Positions 63,502-63,746 of a stretch of DNA of 63,746 nucleotides are shown one piece after another. Positions within the stretch are counted from its first letter, which is position 1, and each line of letters opens with the position of its first letter. This stretch comes from a virus (lineage: Duplodnaviria; Caudoviricetes), in the IMG/VR virus record IMGVR_UViG_3300007734_000746, positions 1-63,746 of that record; one strand, written 5' to 3'. A model generated the notes under the pieces. The model saw nothing but the letters and a program-made list of their open reading frames with translations, had not been told where the DNA came from and did no database searches. A program made the position numbers and the translations under genes.

Positions 63502-63699
63502 TTACATCCTTGAAATACGGCTGTCTTGCGGCACAGTGCCATCCGTAGTGACAAAGTACACGGTTTGAGTAGTACCGTCAACAATGTAGTTAAAACTGAT
63601 GCCATTGGCAATCATAAGGTCAGACAATTCTTCCGCTGTGCCATTAAAAATGTACACAACGTCAGTGCCAAAATAGGTTTGAATTTGTTCTGGTGTCAT
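63502..63699 (-). CDS. Hypothetical protein (start duplicated at 1-80 by the overlap)
   Basis: 65 aa, directly downstream of 83-784 on the circle. Confidence 0.6.
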   Translation of the reverse strand: MTPEQIQTYFGTDVVYIFNGTAEELSDLMIANGISFNYIVDGTTQTVYFVTTDGTVPQDSRISRM

Positions 63700-63746
63700 G
63701 GCTATGTTGAAGTGTATGTATACGATACTTGAACTTTTAATCCTGA
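63620..63746. repeat. Terminal direct repeat copy
   Basis: Identical to 1-127. Confidence 0.95.

Overview
Complete, circularly assembled genome (63,619 bp unique; the 127-bp end overlap is probably an assembler k-mer overlap) of a tailed dsDNA phage with podovirus-like organisation: no tape measure, a P22-gp10-like stabilisation protein and several ejection proteins. It resembles uncultured freshwater phages of Betaproteobacteria (inference). Modules: minus-strand head/tail/packaging block (1-17775, continuing from 41036-63699 with lysis, fibre and ejection genes); plus-strand early block of small genes (18048-23451); minus-strand primase/helicase/ParB-like genes; a ~9 kb mosaic array of small modular genes that includes an RtcB RNA ligase; an ~850-bp non-coding island dense in RNA structure (36200-37055); and a plus-strand recombination block (Cas4-like exonuclease, ERF, SSB-like). 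I saw no DNA polymerase, integrase, tRNA or CRISPR array. Main leads: (1) a 3,396-aa polyvalent ejection-type protein with C5-DNA-methyltransferase, ParB, GNAT, L,D-transpeptidase, zincin and LPD38 domains, plus a 6.4-kb stretch with no GATC (one site in 9.8 kb) that starts in terS and covers the predicted first-injected DNA; (2) a 22-bp palindrome AACWTTAAC-N4-GTTAAWGTT in six copies, two of them tandem in front of a protease-less LexA-like gene; (3) the structured-RNA island; (4) a combinatorial mini-gene array joined by exact RBS/stop-start junction repeats. All family calls come from motif recognition by eye; no searches were run.
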